Below, one piece after another: positions 19,501 to 23,100 of a stretch of 64,000 bases of DNA; position 1 is the stretch's first letter; each line of letters begins with the position of its first letter. Origin of the DNA: Candidatus Omnitrophota bacterium (lineage in GTDB: Bacteria > Omnitrophota > Omnitrophia > Omnitrophales > JACQLI01). Below the pieces are notes generated by a model that worked only from the letters and a program-made list of their open reading frames with translations, was not told the origin of the DNA and ran no database searches. The stretch spans positions 789-64,788 of the forward strand of contig JACPCP010000012.1 in assembly GCA_016179745.1 (NCBI GenBank), read 5' to 3'. The position numbers were made by a program, and so were the translations under genes.

Positions 19501-20122
19501 AATTCTTCTGCATCCTCTCATTGAATTCTTCAATGAGCCGCTTATGTTTTTCCCGATCCCGAAGGACCCGTTGAAAGGCAAGCCGGTTTTTCCGGTAGCT
19601 CCGGATGGATTCAATCCCGACCGCCTGGACCCGTTTCGCCCGGGGATCCTGAAGATTATCGAGAAGGAAAAGCCCCGCCCCGGTGGCGAGGCCCCTTTGG
19701 GTGCGGCCCTCGAGGATTTGGCGGTTCCACTCAGGATTTTGGAAATAGCGGTCGAGCTCGGGGTGCAGTTTGACGCCGGCGCCTTCCAAAAGGAGGAGAT
19801 CGATTCCGTATCGGCGGGTGAGAAATTCGAGAAGCGCCGCAATTTTTTTCTGTGCTTCGTAATCCCCGTGGGCCGTCTGGAGATGGACCACGAAGGGAGA
19901 GATTGACGGACGTCGGGCCTCCCGGCCCGAAGAAGAAATCTCCTCAACCGTCCCGAGTTCGGCAGGGACCCAAAACGGCCGGGCGTCTGCCTGTGCCGGC
20001 CGGATTCCATCGGTCTCTGCCCAAGCTTCGTGCGCTAAAAAGGGCAGACTCGTCACGGTGAAAACGAGGGCCGTGCCGAAGGCAATGATCCTCTGTTGTA
20101 GTTTCTTTTGAAACGGGCGCAT
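4562..20122 (-). CDS. 5,186-aa giant modular protein (signal peptide; 16 punctuation motifs; PLP-fold x2, receiver, permuted iPGM-like modules; ...LETAA C-terminus)
   Basis: ORF track. The ATG at 20122 lies 20 nt after the TAG of the upstream giant ORF. There are no stops in 5,186 codons. Domain signatures are in the same phase throughout. Confidence 0.85.
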   Translation of the reverse strand: MRPFQKKLQQRIIAFGTALVFTVTSLPFLAHEAWAETDGIRPAQADARPFWVPAELGTVEEISSSGREARRPSISPFVVHLQTAHGDYEAQKKIAALLEFLTRRYGIDLLLLEGAGVKLHPELDRYFQNPEWNRQILEGRTQRGLATGAGLFLLDNLQDPRAKRVQAVGIESIRSYRKNRLAFQRVLRDREKHKRLIEEFNERMQKNFEAGFSRPLREFLRRQEAFERRTLGLDAWFRELHKNSRQILGLNLQSASSQKEWPALVRLARLLKIERRLDRRAIRKDSGRFLNDVRRFLPKSIFQELEILLLGGRGEGEGDIRFLLERAVDRLPLNFVFDRYPYLKIWLQWLVFRNEIKPDVLSEELDRLGRLLSFRLAKTAKEKRHLKEFFDYRFLRRLFELEITAKDYPRLKRLDRVRLPGALSSFLRKAIGFYEGAKERERWMAENVEREIRRHGARAVILITGGFHTDGLRETFHQKGFSYALVSPRFDETVSGGEGEVESRESYFNAFLGKPVSPYPFSQIEDAAALPVAYRDYRWHGVDFRPIQQSRKEARREFLKSGFSVIRSEARNDLTPFREVGGGILKNENPERLERFPGLDSEAIGLAQKRIRDSGFEEIQYPEWVRAGRISAAAGKPVYLYDATRNPGNSFKILGVLNFVLQEIERAKTGGRQIEAIATQTTFNHGYALLLAFEKLAEAGKIDRKKTRLVVAVGEDSTGPEKIKIFRQAQQRLKKQGITFELLIRKTYDKAKEAVSRLKKDQPGKVIRVNHFAGVVTGYATIFDEIFNQIRRAAENGSLPAKRIGVAVPVGAGGLVAGAKILKDQIRESGLDVEVKVIGVQTPGIDGFYEAMRNGREVTRAIPPGTLSKGIAVERIEIPWKLAWDVVDYVVKVDEVKYGIPAVREVAKDLKGLNQGEERRYEVTAGVTAAAPTVFRDFWEKEGMDAFVVLLSGANENHEVWSGKIFPSPAQTAPAERSEVRSEKVERPTPESFTDLLRSAFKVADPEAKSPQQLVAPALIRFPDAPDGRRTLIDKLYLWDHDAQIRIHLRALMKAMVQHGKFLETGSPVTDLMNVSGFTMKQSEAARLAEIGRVMDLWELAVEKKSVVFKNVRLGKIYGASSSKGSSQTLKRVSIPAQSFSLGNGWWNPWGTLEKALSLKGVSKEGIRQSLGPLKGIKFEGDGRFFNRRKVTSRITTIGRGSPELIVVMVSSPKFPATRYLTLFLFETGGKTLKMVPLGRSSFSFRVGGDPEGPFFDLVANSSGAPSHLREAVAVVVDAKGHFHLFQAEDGKPIPLLIPKSTGNGSMVWLKQDELETHGDFDFFVDPDDGGVRIIFRQEGTEDITHLFDLTGRLLARSAPPKSSTPSTPEFVRSEVRVTFHDELTPVALAHQEGSAFRTTKQLATAYQAFVSAPSEEAQSPWREQYQSLSERWQAQAGNVVKTWRQISPALERLAELESQFLSAIFALQLFEKDGALEKVREQRRHVKETGRKTRTFRLPVGAGERRTSITKEGAERIDRLLGRLLDLSRESERPGPPSAQAKKIGVTHGILDWRRRNLIPEDTVILRMRSPKEDEAFPVIEDFPVLHLDFPESKLKFPLVAEVDPSGLDRPRSMPSQMTLQGILEQQFEQYLDAARLPEEKKIALRSVRKILQESGYLLAAQPLHGDRRSVTFYFVTPEGRHLFKPETPADSLELWINGEPFLRKSISSPRRSELRGNELAEEIYQEMIEVLAPDDLMSAARESVNGTNPPDFTIISNFVIKALKGRGLSEPDGRDQAGLRERARVVNKVLDLFQGNRGFIRHLRNLSAKRGLLQKIQASKGISELKDYASVLGRLEGIDFMPALEDIERFSPNKSPPNKKGTVPKKGDSPLLLVKKYLRLYHATWRRNGSPEGKVPEAAPEGDLTKRNAFLNQFPLERLKRGTEFVRQLIRAKTSFFGRIFYLIRRLFKPKIVSLTHLPAVREFIERTGVRFELFAAREYLSPVGSFKWRQYVNLLIENREAIDSGKLKEAVIYSSGNAIQGLLYTVRYLKKHGIVLKDGTLWKLPPDFKVTMVAYTFLNETKKKKIRKFEKPYYLWRNFKRVPTVDLVEIVYLDDFILNAQVAGVLDPGESEDKIKHRLVNINELLVVLEAYAKEKGMLHVYASNGESMALGGASILEDIREAIGDPDYLVMPSGGGGPLVGMTLDSHAHGGKTKVIGAVPMLRDASMADGLAIQMAQKLAVETLQAFGSKLFEFVEFPEDLLIRAFVDLNQAGYKVEPSAAASLAVVYFLMSKEEYRPLLRDRRIAIVLTGANFTPDTLSRARDLYASLSRSEVRRVKTQRGFSTALNRPPSSLISFLSSVLEPTISALSSTLISAISFLNSTFVWAMSALSSRRVSLRSFNSFEVASSSLETLPLMIELLSSTIWRRSWIPWFETSISSNLLSSPEWPSAILLTSVLISSSSVPTSVTVYASIFLAGFTGFSLFIAILLVNEFFKTGGGSVAPAGEFVNIENGISSDDKNTYFDKRQPARSEVRSPAQASTPPSPAPSEPGAEVRVSTQPFFSWLGDVQEFIDYRDHPANLGEIEREIQTVKDLIGEEGEFNPNGLPAQEHFLELNREQKRLLRLRQVKKQPQKIQQTLDQLLMQWVDRYGTEESLKFLVNLYGHAETGRSMNLYAYAISLILLTKKEAYPLFFNEIKKRARPYSSGVISRDSPQEPRIHFFHPFKGFKNLEDAISRNYELALIYSPHPRQVGRFKPYFAWRPVFLLHQGDFFLGKPRDGQKDGSMREEAQELASRLGFVESAKVLQPDEQGIVIAVESLPFLALGQSLVPQTGSEIYAHSHPFGNVWVQSPGDTPVRDLSKLDLVRTSLGFDLDRLRRQEAERLRKPLDSKQGLTVWQVREQHYQRLKKMEKSTQAAASQPTSLSGLPQLHRRDEARSEVRSGEGKSGTRSRDFIYNVLVKNAFIVEEAESFVPESAVQAAAQFGEAKVTFQHFPWEVHEALSTSKSGEHDFGSTYVRSADPLNFVLEAVKGAESLFRFVHRPGQSVILEGTLLSKIERVGEAPLFPAVTGFGYSKTENAIEVFVSEPLIRHLGGEPGRTVTIEIPDGFRIKLTGARVEVRQETNRAELTLAPNQIRLLRGGRKIQNVVIVEDDEGMRETLKAHFKGKKITEFGDGEAALRSLLDKRVDKEIDLLVIDNGLPGLNGRDLIEALRAEGVQAPILLHTGSPDQIGEGWVREVEQHPGDSNSLRYFELTLSGVKALGLNTLVAQKTKFTDFKALVERLEEGRAFAAADTLRSEVRSGEEFNEMFVWNPAEANGDFGTVQIHFPSGSRAAVRVGDNLDQNFFMIQGGVTVYEKGADAPPLEASKEQSLPLDAGKEWVVSDPENPRRRVLISLSEGPAPNVRPGLLLRRTDPQIELLPQLPAAALRQIFRVAQGQELEISGLIVNGTRRKIWIQPRERRRSRGGRALTQVRIHAPRVVKIAHEDHFKKADVPSLLQAIDPTQDWSTHLNLTVGSNESIRFLLGGEPGDLDFSFRIDRVEPDGSVYLEPQGMPRGSAISVIDASADSWSEQNFPGDRTDPSFFRSEARRALAGPRTRIGTISKSAGRDGRRISRGEVEMGRLRRGRPPSRAEVRSETPEKQFGNTKVRLILEPKVNASSPKIFFTEFEIEKPVLPAVQKILAGLNRGGLTPDDGASYDNLGPVQFVELIGKHGWPQRAEVRKKPIRGPASLGLVGRRALEARNQQGLSNHPLVLKEEAPSLWEEIKRKRVPIDSLADGVVYVWSTDQLKKIMAREYKAGHFDETMRSIMQIDEFGPVGILAPQARKRRFLFGWNHRKDRQKLWVRAVRDNQFAYEDTTDVRGMPIYGMTRYVKELMASRRAVIPDIIVRHGLVEWLGKHGRKVFWGFGSEKTGFIETFRGRDKPYRHENLDYGSISMPRIRQTVKVKTKDGTFAEAEVYNQLPNKDLWHYPGGSMYFVARADANLIKRAGPDGDVISNLDMADLNSHVASQHLDESATLWVQDDEFEDQVFMGREFTKRIRELGRTGRLKGVRRGDAGFDIQFDILQEANASNSVEVFVGAGEMIAALGVQNRFPDFDPAREKVFFAVDFAAREITVTRLVSKKGTGRDSGIETLRALDRGVKIVTGAAQETGAALVAISDHGGLDGADTPGHSASDVPFMILDYVKGGGGFRKISLKDRPGTQADAAPALLHLLGIKIPEAMTGESFLPDGVQGRRDRPGVFLITDGFAPKGEKGNDPAFNLTQQALDAGLLPTLQRLLQEAPNVTVPAAGRPAGLRGRLDLNPQYPLSRSRRIVTRQIERDRSLREIVFIDQDTGKRRVDRRPEGLLRLRRSPYLNDRHVNLEVRRGKAVVRHFSPVQKGSTEFNLWTFGAGRIVDQYIVLADEAFEGGELSRSPAIQSALKAAKRLGFMPMTGIFQEGIVGVHASMQQLYRLIEYFKKNGVDKFVFFGASDGRDEGTTDGVKRIAELEAALDYFGVPKKNYAIHVGGREIYFDRARRWGLIRAFLSTWMYGSRRILDRKFFRPSSSRAEVRAQAYTVYAPEALGILVNREGPTSVFKSEWSSKKGERFQFVAKELPDFKFEFKELPTKQFQIRRLQTNESQAILWVEIFHLSGSGVEKKEAVAYFFANLNKKDRKITDLQVSVDALWGGQGVMGHAYEEVGKHYPVIEEMTGEIGEPSTILLLAQKIPNQVQGEGSEAWPRYYGEIQNLIRTKNTSRLTDHLLAFHYVYPEAAAQIFSPNVIGETILGKLRRRAGFTELSLVPVISPKRLPGRSGNMILLMVGRRPTQVGRLPLDEAVQRAEVRGTDDEKKRTQKELFRQIIDAQQDQPTRQGDRLRFRRQRISNNLEYVKTRAGMKTEAKKRERERRMKKDAWERLLRHFNKQGKVQFDNPVDIFNFVNRVRKQKGLTPLTGEQFRELPIWRSPKGTGTTVKKFVNEGLSFLEKQQESAKKEKEERRGSEETEKRAEVRFDTVRRVAERLLGRIYRPEDLVKFPELFVVPEAVAAEGPEAGAFRTIAREVTTGFLAMTIRQTGAKTAFVVGPEMFAKAGAFLVALGQQRGQSPLPEIFVVAPEDRAEADVARKVAIELSQALEGSQILVLEGPSVAVRLRNFSRIEALGLEGDQALLKRIIQDLDWQRVQRETQAYLSYYSEVLAGALERYAELYRALETAA
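4565..5173 (-). other. conserved C-terminal module (paralogue of 1257..1880), ends ...YRALETAA*
   Basis: It shares with the 830-aa ORF terminus a 16-nt identical block acgcccccgcctccgg (5044..5059 and 1781..1796, encoding PEAGA[FW]). It also shares the palindrome and the tail codons gaa-(a/t)cg-gcg-gcg-taa. Confidence 0.6.
4888..4910. repeat. palindrome copy c, perfect 11-1-11 form GCAAAGGGGAC-T-GTCCCCTTTGC
   Basis: The sequence is gcaaaggggactgtcccctttgc. It is read as R-G-Q-S-P-L in the minus ORF, a different phase from copies a and b. Confidence 0.9.
5174..5188 (-). repeat. punctuation motif copy, RAEVR, codon-diverged
   Basis: The + strand reads gcgaacttccgccct, which is agg gcg gaa gtt cgc on the minus strand. 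Context EKRAEVRFDT. Confidence 0.8.
5672..5686 (-). repeat. punctuation motif copy, RAEVR, near-canonical DNA
   Basis: The + strand reads ccgtacctcggcgcg. Context VQRAEVRGTD. Confidence 0.85.
6491..6505 (-). repeat. punctuation motif copy, RAEVR, canonical DNA
   Basis: The + strand reads ccgcacctcggcgcg(g). Context SSRAEVRAQA. Confidence 0.9.
6554..7972 (-). other. cofactor-independent phosphoglycerate mutase (iPGM)-like module, apparently circularly permuted and partly degenerate
   Basis: In translation order the C-terminal-type blocks come first: AISDHGG (I codon checked at 7678; compare TADHGN), VPFMIL, ADAAPALLHLLGIKIPEAMTGESFL. The N-terminal-type blocks follow: VFLITDGFA, GSTEFNLWTFGAGRIV (compare GNSEVGHLNIGAGR), GIVGVHASMQQL (GGVHSH), FGASDGRDEG (DGRD), GGREIYFDRARRW (GRYYAMDRDKRW). 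Confidence 0.55.
8990..9004 (-). repeat. punctuation motif copy, RAEVR, partly diverged DNA
   Basis: The + strand reads acggacttcggcgcg. Context PQRAEVRKKP. Confidence 0.8.
9251..9265 (-). repeat. punctuation motif copy, RAEVR, canonical DNA
   Basis: The + strand reads ccgcacctcggcgcg(g). Context PSRAEVRSET. Confidence 0.9.
9389..9403 (-). repeat. punctuation motif variant, RSEAR
   Basis: The + strand reads gcgggcctcggagcg. Context FFRSEARRAL. Confidence 0.65.
10259..10273 (-). repeat. punctuation motif copy, RSEVR, near-canonical DNA
   Basis: The + strand reads ccgcacttcggagcg(g). Context TLRSEVRSGE. Confidence 0.9.
10352..10726 (-). other. response-regulator receiver (REC) module, no output domain
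   Basis: NVVIVEDDEGMRETLKAHF...DLLVIDNGLPGLNGRDLIEALRAEG...PILLHTG (N codon checked at 10726). The acidic pocket (EDD) and a phospho-acceptor-type D in LVID are present. It is bounded by motif copies 10802 and 10259. Confidence 0.7.
10802..10816 (-). repeat. punctuation motif variant, RVEVR
   Basis: The + strand reads ccgcacttccactcg and shares ccgcacttc with copy 10259. It is in frame. Context GARVEVRQET. It lies directly upstream of the REC module. Confidence 0.55.
11342..11356 (-). repeat. punctuation motif copy, RSEVR, canonical DNA
   Basis: The + strand reads ccgcacctcggagcg(g). Context EARSEVRSGE. Confidence 0.9.
12503..12517 (-). repeat. punctuation motif variant, GAEVR
   Basis: The + strand reads ccgcacctcggcccc. 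Context EPGAEVRVST. Confidence 0.7.
12566..12580 (-). repeat. punctuation motif copy, RSEVR; left 17-bp direct repeat of cassette 2
   Basis: The + strand reads gcgcacctcggagcggg at 12566..12582, identical to 13166..13182. Context PARSEVRSPA. Confidence 0.9.
12642..12670 (+). promoter_or_regulatory. +-strand sigma70-type promoter (cassette 2) with conserved AT-rich upstream block
   Basis: TTGACA (12642..12647), a 17-nt spacer, then TACACT (12665..12670). The upstream block ttttatcatcagaagatattccattttctata is homologous to 4210..4241. Confidence 0.65.
12714..13154 (+). CDS. small (146 aa) coiled-coil protein with ELK-type heptad repeats, fully antisense inside the 5,186-aa ORF
   Basis: ATG 12714 is preceded by AGGAGA (12702..12707) with a 6-nt spacer. 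The ORF-track start at 12642 is the -35 hexamer itself. MDAYTVTEVGTLLEEIRTDVKRIAEG...LELKADIAQTKVELRNEMAEMRVELKAEIVGSKTELKNEIKEL is a paralogue of 4281..4511. Confidence 0.6.
   Translation: MKREKPVKPAKKMDAYTVTEVGTLLEEIRTDVKRIAEGHSGLDKRLEDIEVSNHGIQDRLQMVELSNSIIKGKVSRLEDATSKLLKDLKDTRLELKADIAQTKVELRNEMAEMRVELKAEIVGSKTELKNEIKELGGRLSAVENPR
13166..13180 (-). repeat. punctuation motif copy, RSEVR; right 17-bp direct repeat of cassette 2
   Basis: The + strand reads gcgcacctcggagcggg at 13166..13182, starting 12 nt after the + gene stop. Context LSRSEVRRVK. Confidence 0.9.
13200..14260 (-). other. PLP-dependent (Trp-synthase-beta/threonine-dehydratase fold, PALP) module 2
   Basis: SPVGSFKWRQ (PLP-Lys block, compare NPTGSFKDRG), IYSSGNAIQG, MPSGGGGPLVG (Gly loop) and EPSAAASLA are present. 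Confidence 0.55.
14506..14518. repeat. GGGGAC-T-GTCCCC palindrome, copy d
   Basis: The sequence is aaaaggggactgtcccctttt. In the minus ORF the d/e pair reads KKGTVPKKGDSPL, so the two copies are in two different phases. Confidence 0.85.
14525..14537. repeat. GGGGAC-T-GTCCCC palindrome, copy e
   Basis: The sequence is ttttggggactgtccccttttt, 19 nt from copy d. Confidence 0.85.
14972..14986 (-). repeat. punctuation motif variant, RSELR
   Basis: The + strand reads cctgagctcggagcg. Context RRSELRGNE. Confidence 0.65.
15992..16006 (-). repeat. punctuation motif copy, RSEVR, codon-diverged
   Basis: The + strand reads tcttacttcagagcg, which is cgc tct gaa gta aga on the minus strand. Context FVRSEVRVTF. 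Confidence 0.8.
17180..17194 (-). repeat. punctuation motif copy, RSEVR, near-canonical DNA
   Basis: The + strand reads gcgcacctcggagcg. Context AERSEVRSEK. Confidence 0.9.
17195..18409 (-). other. PLP-dependent (PALP fold, serine/threonine dehydratase-like) module 1
   Basis: NPGNSFKILG (PLP-Lys block), TFNHGYALL and VPVGAGGLVAG (Gly loop) are present. It is bounded by motif copies 18410 and 17180. Confidence 0.6.
18410..18424 (-). repeat. punctuation motif variant, RSEAR, codon-diverged
   Basis: The + strand reads ccgtgcttcagaacg. Context VIRSEARNDL. Confidence 0.6.
20018..20122 (-). other. predicted Sec signal peptide of the 5,186-aa ORF
   Basis: MRPFQKKLQQRIIAFGTALVFTVTSLPFLAHEAWA|E has a basic n-region, a hydrophobic core and an A-x-A site. 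Confidence 0.6.
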
Positions 20123-20142
20123 CTCGGAAAAGGGCGGGGCGC

Positions 20143-23100
20143 CTATGCCGCCACCCCGAACAAGCGTTCTCTTGCGATTGCGGAAGCGTAATAACTGGCA
20201 AAATTCTCTTCCTTGCCCCGGCGGATCGACACGGAAGAGAGTTGTTCTGTCTGGACATTAATTTTCAGAATTGAATCCGGGACCTTTTGAATCAGGGTGC
20301 CGGGCCGGTTGTGCACAACCAAGTCCAGAAGAGCGGCCTGAGCCCCTTCGTGCGCCGGCGGACGAATGACAAAACCTTCACGGTGAGCTGAGCCCTGGAA
20401 CTCCTCCAGTTCTGCTTCCTGAAGCTCCTCCCCGAGAGGGCTCGGTGGCAGGATCAGAATCGGCACCGTTCCCTCCTCCTTCTCAAAAATTTCCCGCAGC
20501 CGGTTCGGCGTCAGTCCCGGCTCGTGATATGTTTCGTGAATGATTTGGACGCCCGGGATTCGAATTTTGTCATAGCGGCCAAACGCCCCCGAACCCTGAG
20601 GCAGGACGACATAGATTTTGCTCCCCGGCAGAAGCCCGAGCGGTTCCGGGTCGATTTCGGGAATCTCATTTTCAAATCCGGCAATCACGATCGTGTGGGG
20701 CGCCTCAGAAACGGGACGGCCCGGAAACGGGGGGTGAACTCGGGCCAGATTCCCGGCGGGGGCGGCCCCTTCGCCGAATCCAAGCGCCGAGCGGAAGAAG
20801 GGGGCAAACACTGGAAGGGTGAATTCCGGCCCCGCCACGCCAAAGGTTACGAACCCTACAACCCAAAGCATATCCGGCAGCCGCCGGCCCTGACTCGCCA
20901 GCAAAGCGTCCAACCTTTCTTGAATTTTCTGTGACTGCCTTGCCTCGGAACGCCCGGCCGCCAGGGCCAGTGCGCCGTTTGCCAGGACCCAAACAACATT
21001 CTGTGGTAGCCCCGGATACGGATTTTTCCCCTGTAACACCACCATATCGGCAACGGCCTTCATATAACCCTGGGCACCCGGATCACCCAAATAGGCCAGG
21101 ACCGCATTCGCAATGCCGATGGAAAGCAAAGTCTCTTTCTCCCGGTCCGCCTCAACGGCCTCATCCGGTTTAGACGAATCAGACAATTTTCTATCCTTCA
21201 AATTCGACAGCCGGTTCTTTGCCACCCTGTTCCCCCGAATCGCCAGCATTCCATTTGCAACGGCGTCGGCATACCCGCCTAACGTTGTCAAGGCCTTGAT
21301 GATGGAATGAGAATCTTTGTCCCTGAGGAGCGTCAAGACTCCATTGGCAAGCACCCATATCAGCATGGCTTTCTTTTGAAAGATTTCTACCGGGGCTTGC
21401 GATGATAGCTCCCTCAGAATCTTTTTGGCCTTCTCTACTTGTTCTTTTCTCTGTGACGAAACCTCTCCTCCGGCAGGGGCCAGGGCCATCCCGATGACGG
21501 CAAAGAACTTTTCGAACCGCTGCGTCTCCCCGTTTTTGTCAAAGGTCACTTCACCTTCCACAAGCTTCTCAAGCTCCCCAAAGGCCTCCTCATCCCCGCC
21601 CAAGGCCAGCATCAGACGGGCCAGGGCCGTCGCATATTCGGGGCCGGAAATTTTAATTTCTCCTCTGATAAATTTCCTGAGGTTCTCGGCCTCGGAATTT
21701 TCCGGCTGGCTCCCAGCCTCAGTCTCCTCCTGCACATGGGGCACAGCAGACCGCACCTCGGAGCGGGAGGGAGCGGGTTTTGCTGTGTCCGGAGGCGTGG
21801 GGTTCCTGCCCAATTCCTCTTTGACTTTTCCAACCCCCGATGCTTCCTTGGCCGCCTGCTTCTGACGCCACTTCCTGACAATCTCAGCCTCCGCTTGATC
21901 CCTCTTGACCTTTCGGTAGTAAAACCAGGTATTCAGAGCAAGGCCGGCGGCAACCGCAATGCCTAATCCGATGTAAACCATCGTTGATATTTCCATCCGG
22001 ACCTCTGAACGCAAAGCGCCGGGTTTGAGGATGATGTTGAGTTCGTCTTTGGAGACTTTCCCCTGAGTCTCGAGCCACTTCAAGATGGCAGGGGCAGGGG
22101 TGAGGAAATTTTTCGCCACGATCGTTTGAAGTTCCCGCACATCACGCTCGCTCAAACGGCCCAAAACTTCCCGAAGCTTTTGAGACGCCTCAGGAGTCGG
22201 ATTGAGCTTGCCGCTGAGGAAAGATTTTGTCTTCGCTTCCAATTCGCTGATTCGACTCTCCGGCAAACCTCCGGCAGGGGCTTTTGAAGGCTCAACCGCC
22301 TTGTCGCCCGCCGTCACCGGCAGGGCGGCCCGGCGCACGCCGCCGGACCGTTCCCGGGCGATAGCAGCCTTGAGGCCGGCCAAACTCACATTGCCTTGTT
22401 GGGCCTTGACGACGGGAAGGTCCAGAATGAATTTCTGCGTTTCCTCCATCAACTGAACCAGTCTGGCTTGATTCGGCGCTTCAAACTTCAAGCCGAATTC
22501 GTGGGTGGTCCCCGAGAAGCGGAAAAGGGCAAAGCTCCCGTCGGCAAATTTTACCCGGACCCCGTCTTTGAGTTCGCTGATCCCGATCGCCTCCGTAATG
22601 TTCTGTGAAAAAGCGCCGCCCGACTTTTTCGCCTTCTCCGTCTGAATCGCCATTTCAAAGCCGCCGATGATTTGTCGTTTGGTCCCGTCATCCGTCGGAG
22701 CTTTGTTCCCCCGAATATCCGGCGTGAAAAATTTTCTGCGGGTCGGAAGCGCATCGAAAAGGTCCTTCAGCTGATAACTTTTCTTACCCGGCTTGATCCG
22801 GAGAAACTCAAACTGGGCTTCGTATTGACCGAGCGTGTCCACAATGTCGAGAATTTCGAGGAGCGTGCGGGCGGCGTCGTCAACGAAGTAATCCGCATTT
22901 TGTGCCCCCATCCCCCGATAGAAGACGTGGCCCGAGGCCTCGGCGGAGACATAACGGTCCTCCAACCTGGCAATGTTCTTATCGAACTTTAGCTCCACGT
23001 GATCGTTTTTAAGCTTCTCAATCTTCGCCATCTGCTCTTTGAGAAACGCCTTGTGGTGGGGGTAACCGGCCGGGATGTAGCGAGTGCCCAAAACGTCCTG

